Below are positions 27,955 to 32,000 of a stretch of 32,000 nucleotides of DNA, in pieces. The position numbers and the translations under genes are program-made. Position 1 is the stretch's first letter. The number at the start of each line of letters is the position of its first letter. Below the pieces are notes generated by a model. That model saw nothing but the letters and a program-made list of their open reading frames with translations, ran no database searches and was not told the DNA's origin. The DNA comes from Candidatus Arthromitus sp. SFB-mouse-Japan. GTDB taxonomy: Bacteria > Bacillota > Clostridia > Clostridiales > Clostridiaceae. The stretch spans positions 990,001-1,022,000 of the forward strand of contig NC_015913.1 in NCBI RefSeq assembly GCF_000270205.1, in the 5' to 3' direction.

Positions 27955-28902
27955 TTAATTTATAAATTTATTCAATTTATCTATGTCAAGATTGGGATGC
28001 AATGCTATATTTATACCCATAGCAATCATCTTAGACATCGATTCTATCACAGCATCAACATCCTTAGGTGTTACTATCATTTCGCCCATAGAAAGAGACA
28101 ATGTCTTACGTATTATCTTCATTCTTTGGTTTATATCTATGAGTTTTTTTTCTATATATTTATTACCTATATCTCCTATTATATTATCTAAAATAGAATT
28201 AACACTGTCACTAACAATCGTAAGAGAGTCAACAACTGTCGGTATACCTATACCGATAACTGGCACACCTAAAGTTTCTTCATTAAGAGGAATCCTATGG
28301 TTGTTCACTCCTGCACCCGGATTTATGCCTGTACTACCTACCTGTATAGTTGTATTAAGTCTCGATACTTTTCTTGCAGCCAGAGAATCCACGCATATAA
28401 CATAATCAGGTTTAATTTTATCAACAAGAGATTTTACTATTTCACTAGTTTCTATCCCTGTAGTTCCTAGTACACCTGGCGAAACAGCACATACAGATGA
28501 AATATCATCTTCAATAGACTGTGGCATAAATTCTTTAAGGTGTCTTGTCACAAACAACTTAGATATAACTTTAGGTCCAAGAGAATCCGATGTTACATTC
28601 CAATTTCCTAGTCCCACAACAAGTGCTGTTTTATTTGAATCCATGGAAATAAACTCTTTTAATACTCTTCCAAATATTAAACTAATCTTGTCCATCATTT
28701 CAACATCATAATATGTTAATTTTGGCAATTCTAAGGTTGAATAATATCCTATCTTCTTCCCAAGAAGTTCCTCGCCATATTTATTTTTAATTCTTATATT
28801 AGATATTTTTACATTCGAATCTTCAACTTGCTTAAAATCTATATTGGGATTTCCTTCAAAAATCTTATTTAAATCATTTTCTGCTGCTCTATCTTTAACC
28901 AT
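27955..28902 (-). CDS. gpr: Germination protease GPR (spore endopeptidase)
   Basis: 315 aa. LVVGLGNWNVTSDSLGPKV, VIGIGIPTVVD, and synteny rpsT<>gpr-spoIIP. AAGGAG SD upstream. Confidence 0.9.
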   Translation of the reverse strand: MVKDRAAENDLNKIFEGNPNIDFKQVEDSNVKISNIRIKNKYGEELLGKKIGYYSTLELPKLTYYDVEMMDKISLIFGRVLKEFISMDSNKTALVVGLGNWNVTSDSLGPKVISKLFVTRHLKEFMPQSIEDDISSVCAVSPGVLGTTGIETSEIVKSLVDKIKPDYVICVDSLAARKVSRLNTTIQVGSTGINPGAGVNNHRIPLNEETLGVPVIGIGIPTVVDSLTIVSDSVNSILDNIIGDIGNKYIEKKLIDINQRMKIIRKTLSLSMGEMIVTPKDVDAVIESMSKMIAMGINIALHPNLDIDKLNKFIN

Positions 28903-28986
28903 AACTTGTCTCCTTATTTTGTAGACATTTTTAAAAACTACACTTTCTTATTCTGTGTAAAATTTCTTAAATTATTTAATTATGAC

Positions 28987-29015
28987 TTGAATTTATTTTA
29001 AAATAATGATATTAT
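28987..29015 (+). promoter_or_regulatory. SigmaA-type promoter for rpsT
   Basis: TTGAAT (28987-92), 17 nt, TATTAT (29010-15) preceded by TGa (extended -10). About 40-nt leader to the SD. Confidence 0.55.
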
Positions 29016-29058
29016 GTTGACGTTATTTGTGTTCGATATAAAAGGATGGTGAAAAGAT

Positions 29059-29325
29059 ATGGCAAATATTAAATCAGCTAAAAAGAGGATTAAAGTTACT
29101 CAAGCTAAGACTCTAAGGAATCAAATGGTTAAGTCTGCGTTAAAAACTGCTATTAAAAAGTTTGAAACTTGTTTAAAAAATAGTGATATAGAATCAGCAA
29201 AATCTGAATTATCACAAGTTACAAAAGCATTAGATATGGCTGCATCTAAAGGAATTTTACATAGAAATAAGGCAGCTAGGAAAAAATCTAATTTAGCTAT
29301 AAAATTGAATAAAGCTCAAACTTAA
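29059..29325 (+). CDS. rpsT: 30S ribosomal protein S20
   Basis: [30 protein letters not shown]..., 88 aa, basic, typical S20. Confidence 0.95.
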   Translation: MANIKSAKKRIKVTQAKTLRNQMVKSALKTAIKKFETCLKNSDIESAKSELSQVTKALDMAASKGILHRNKAARKKSNLAIKLNKAQT

Positions 29326-29357
29326 AAAACCTAATACCAATTGGTATTAGGTTTTTT
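29326..29357. terminator. Bidirectional terminator shared by rpsT (+) and holA (-)
   Basis: Near-perfect palindrome AAAAAACCTAATACCAATTGGTATTAGGTTTTTT, with an A-tract and T-tract on either side. It begins right after the rpsT stop and ends 2 nt before the holA stop. Confidence 0.85.
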
Positions 29358-29359
29358 AA

Positions 29360-30370
29360 TTATCTACATACTGAAATAAGTAGAATTTCAAATTCTAAAA
29401 GTGGATCAACATCTGTCGATATTCTAATTTTATATTCTAGATCTAGGAAAGCATCAATAACATCCATAATATTTTTTAAACTATATTTTTTTGATAATTT
29501 AATAAAATTATTTAAACTATATTGATTAATTCTTGTTTTTTTCATTATATCCTCAAAACTAAATCCTTCTTCCAACAAAAGTTTCACATCTAAAAATTTA
29601 GAAAATTGATTACTAAGCATACTAAATATGTAATTAAAATCATTTCCACTAAGTATAAGTTCCCTAAAGCTTACCATAGATTTATTTAAATTCTTATCCA
29701 AAACATTATTTATAAGTACAAAAACATTATTCTCCAAACTTTTAGGTATAATATCATCTATATCCTTCCTAGTTACTTCCCTTTCATCCACAAAAAATTT
29801 CAATTTCTTAATTTCATTTTCTATGTAAAAAAAATCATTTACAATTATAGAACAAAAATATATAATAAGGTTTTTACTTATATTAACTTTATTTGATAAA
29901 AAAATTTTAGAAACTTCTCTATAAAAATTATCGCCCTTTAATTCTTGTATATTACAAACCTGACCAAATTTGGAGAATATCTTTAAATTATCCTTATTCT
30001 TATCTTTATTTTCAAATACATAATAAAAAACTATAATACAATACGATGGTAAATTTCCGAGATACTCTTTAAGTTTTGAAATAAACTCCTTATTATCATA
30101 ATCATTCCTTAAAAATAATGAATTCTCAATAACTATCACTTTTTTATCCTGCATCATCGGAATTGTATCACAACATTCAAAAAAATAATTTATATCAAAA
30201 CTATTATCAAATTTCATATTAATATAATTAAATTGTTTAAGATCTCGTAATATTAACTTCTTCTCTATACTCTCCAAAAAATTTTTAACAAGCTTTGCAT
30301 CATAGCTATAAATAAAATAACAATTTTTTATATTACTTACTTCTTTCATCAACAAATCGTAATCTAACAT
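29360..30370 (-). CDS. holA: DNA polymerase III delta subunit (HolA)
   Basis: 336 aa. Length and position (comEC-holA, convergent with rpsT) match the conserved Firmicute arrangement. The sequence is very divergent and I saw no sharp motif, so the call rests mainly on synteny. Confidence 0.65.
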   Translation of the reverse strand: MLDYDLLMKEVSNIKNCYFIYSYDAKLVKNFLESIEKKLILRDLKQFNYINMKFDNSFDINYFFECCDTIPMMQDKKVIVIENSLFLRNDYDNKEFISKLKEYLGNLPSYCIIVFYYVFENKDKNKDNLKIFSKFGQVCNIQELKGDNFYREVSKIFLSNKVNISKNLIIYFCSIIVNDFFYIENEIKKLKFFVDEREVTRKDIDDIIPKSLENNVFVLINNVLDKNLNKSMVSFRELILSGNDFNYIFSMLSNQFSKFLDVKLLLEEGFSFEDIMKKTRINQYSLNNFIKLSKKYSLKNIMDVIDAFLDLEYKIRISTDVDPLLEFEILLISVCR

Positions 30371-30377
30371 ACAACTC

Positions 30378-31994
30378 CTAAAACATAAAATAATATTTTT
30401 GTGGATAAATATCAGAATAATACTTAAAGTTATCTTCTATATTATCTACTTCTATCCTTTTCCCATTAATATGTAAAATAACATTATTATTTTTAAATTC
30501 TACCTTAACCATACTATTTAAAAATAAATTCTGTTTATCATTAACATTAGTAAAAACCTTATCTACACCAAGTTTATCAATTAGCTTGTCTGTATCCTTC
30601 AAATTCCCATCTAAGTACAAATAACTTCTAGATTTATCTCTAATTATCGCATAATTTTTATCGTAATATTTTCCTATCTCTACGCTAGAGTTAACCGTTG
30701 TAATAAACCCAATATAAACAAATAATAATATAACTACTAAATTATTAAAAGCTTTAAATGAAATCTTATTTTTCATAAAATATAACACATACAATAAAAT
30801 TATAAAAATAATTAAACTGTTCATTAAGTATATACCTTCTGGAGTAACCATCTTTATCAAAATAATTCCCCCATCAATTATATCAAAAATAAGTTTTGTT
30901 AAGTAAACAATAATCTCCCTAAGCAGTGGCACAAAATTAAAAAATATAAATATAACACCTAAAATTACTAGCAAACTATAAAATGAAACTAGTAATATAT
31001 TCGAAAACATAAATCCTAGCTCCAACTTCTTATTTATAATTAAATTAAGGGGTATAATAAAAACTTGAGCACTAAGTATTAGTGAAATAGATTCACATAA
31101 AAATTTGGGAAGCCTATATAAATAATCCTTTATCTTCCTATTAAATAATAAAATTCCAAGAGTGGATAAAAATGAATATATAAACCCTAGACTCAAAATC
31201 TCATATGGTCTTATAAATAATATAAAACTTCCAGCTACACACAATGCATTAATCCCATCATAATTCTTATGTACTCTATGTGACATTTCCTTAATAAACA
31301 CCATAGAAAACGCTCTTATTCCTGACACCTTAAATCCAGTAAACATTAAATATATAAATGTCACCAAAATAGAAGGTAAAAAACTTAATATTTTAAATAA
31401 AATACCAAAAATTAAATTAATGTGAAAACCTGACACACTCAAAATATGTATAATACCGAGCTCTTTTAAATCATTTTTATAATCCTTGTCCAACTCTGAA
31501 GTATCGCCGAACAATAAGCTCGACAATATATTCCCCCGTTCAATTCCAAAACTTCCTATAAATAAATCCCTTATAATTGATCTCATTCCAATGAAAACAG
31601 AATAAAAATCATTTTTATACGAATTGATATTGTAATCAGTTATCTCTCCAACTACCCCAATATCATAATAATTATCTTTTTTCACTTTCCCATTTAAATT
31701 TAAAATCATTCCAATCTCAACTTCATCTATATTACCAAAATCTCTAATCAAATATTTTTTAGGTTTTATATTTCTTGAAGATACAACTATATCTTTCGAT
31801 AATTTTTGTGCTACTCTAAAATTTTTACTAGATATGATCTCTTGATTACTGGAATAATATGATAGTATGTTAAAAAAACTAACTACACTCACTATAATTA
31901 GAGTTAATTTAAAAAATTTATATATTAAGTTTTTGAGTAAAAATGTAATTAGCATAAGTAATATAAATCCAAATGATATAAAATCATTTTTCAT
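30378..31994 (-). CDS. comEC: ComEC/Rec2-family DNA internalisation channel protein, short form without an MBL nuclease domain
   Basis: 538 aa. N-terminal TM helices plus an OB-like insert (DUF4131-like), and the competence-domain motif LKELGIIHILSVSGFHINLIFGIL followed by multiple TM helices. Only about 100 soluble residues follow the last TM, with no HxHxDH. Confidence 0.75.
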   Translation of the reverse strand: MKNDFISFGFILLMLITFLLKNLIYKFFKLTLIIVSVVSFFNILSYYSSNQEIISSKNFRVAQKLSKDIVVSSRNIKPKKYLIRDFGNIDEVEIGMILNLNGKVKKDNYYDIGVVGEITDYNINSYKNDFYSVFIGMRSIIRDLFIGSFGIERGNILSSLLFGDTSELDKDYKNDLKELGIIHILSVSGFHINLIFGILFKILSFLPSILVTFIYLMFTGFKVSGIRAFSMVFIKEMSHRVHKNYDGINALCVAGSFILFIRPYEILSLGFIYSFLSTLGILLFNRKIKDYLYRLPKFLCESISLILSAQVFIIPLNLIINKKLELGFMFSNILLVSFYSLLVILGVIFIFFNFVPLLREIIVYLTKLIFDIIDGGIILIKMVTPEGIYLMNSLIIFIILLYVLYFMKNKISFKAFNNLVVILLFVYIGFITTVNSSVEIGKYYDKNYAIIRDKSRSYLYLDGNLKDTDKLIDKLGVDKVFTNVNDKQNLFLNSMVKVEFKNNNVILHINGKRIEVDNIEDNFKYYSDIYPQKYYFMF

Positions 31995-32000
31995 TAATTG

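Noticed and set aside
1576-28405. About 20 short ORFs in the track nested inside larger genes on the opposite strand or in another frame (1576-1902, 1803-2081, 3181-3495, 4086-4403, 5213-5452, 7361-7585, 7540-7755, 8672-8878, 11434-11616, 12626-12808, 12881-13150, 13676-14092, 14152-14376, 15735-15950, 16567-16770, 17451-17642, 18765-18950, 19456-19647, 21801-22154, 22936-23226, 23477-23740, 25326-25685, 27983-28405, 27997-28191)
   Set aside because: Each is fully overlapped by a gene with strong family motifs. Where I checked, they have low-complexity, hydrophobic mirror-image composition and no SD upstream (for example 13676 and 27983). They are typical shadow ORFs.
28903-28990. Forespore-type (sigmaF/G-like) promoter guess for gpr: GTGTA-17 nt-CAAAATA
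   Set aside because: The -10 abuts the SD, so the predicted TSS would fall inside or after AAGGAG. The match is weak and my recall of the consensus is imperfect.
1-32000. Scan for CRISPR arrays, rRNA/tRNA genes, riboswitch or T-box leaders, and long tandem or dispersed DNA repeats
   Set aside because: Nothing recognisable was found. Intergenic regions are short (mostly under 170 nt). The only repeat structure is the protein-level DUF4214 repetition, which is too diverged to form DNA repeats.

Overview
Very AT-rich window (about 25-30% GC by eye) from a spore-forming Firmicute, probably a Clostridia-like lineage; the taxon cannot be fixed without a database search. About 27 intact CDS are supported, nearly all on the minus strand. 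No rRNA, tRNA, CRISPR array, transposase or integrase was seen. All domain calls below come from motif recognition by eye, not from searches.

From about 9.7 kb to 32 kb the gene order matches, from memory, the B. subtilis block comEC-holA-rpsT-gpr-spoIIP-yqxA-lepA-hemN-hrcA-grpE-dnaK-dnaJ-prmA-rsmE-mtaB...rpsU. It includes a perfect CIRCE operator with a sigmaA-type promoter upstream of hrcA.

Two places break that colinearity:
- A roughly 4.1 kb segment (14629-18728) sits between dnaJ and prmA. It encodes a small HIRAN-like protein, a 745-aa bacterial dynamin-like GTPase with a glycine-rich membrane paddle, and RarA. This is my best candidate for an uncharacterised system.
- A HIT protein and a secreted protein with four DUF4214 repeats sit between mtaB and rpsU.

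The left 9.5 kb holds a SpeA/YaaO-like PLP decarboxylase, L25/Ctc, and a tightly packed pgcA-led cell-wall glycopolymer operon: TPR protein, TagA-type GT26, two GT-B glycosyltransferases, and a Wzy/WaaL-like membrane protein that runs off the window and is missing from the ORF track.

Other points worth a second look:
- A GC-rich hairpin between gpr and spoIIP whose 3' arm is the spoIIP Shine-Dalgarno.
- A long rpsU 3' UTR with an anti-SD-like C-rich element.
- A ComEC that lacks the metallo-beta-lactamase domain.

Several ORF-track starts were moved downstream on RBS evidence.
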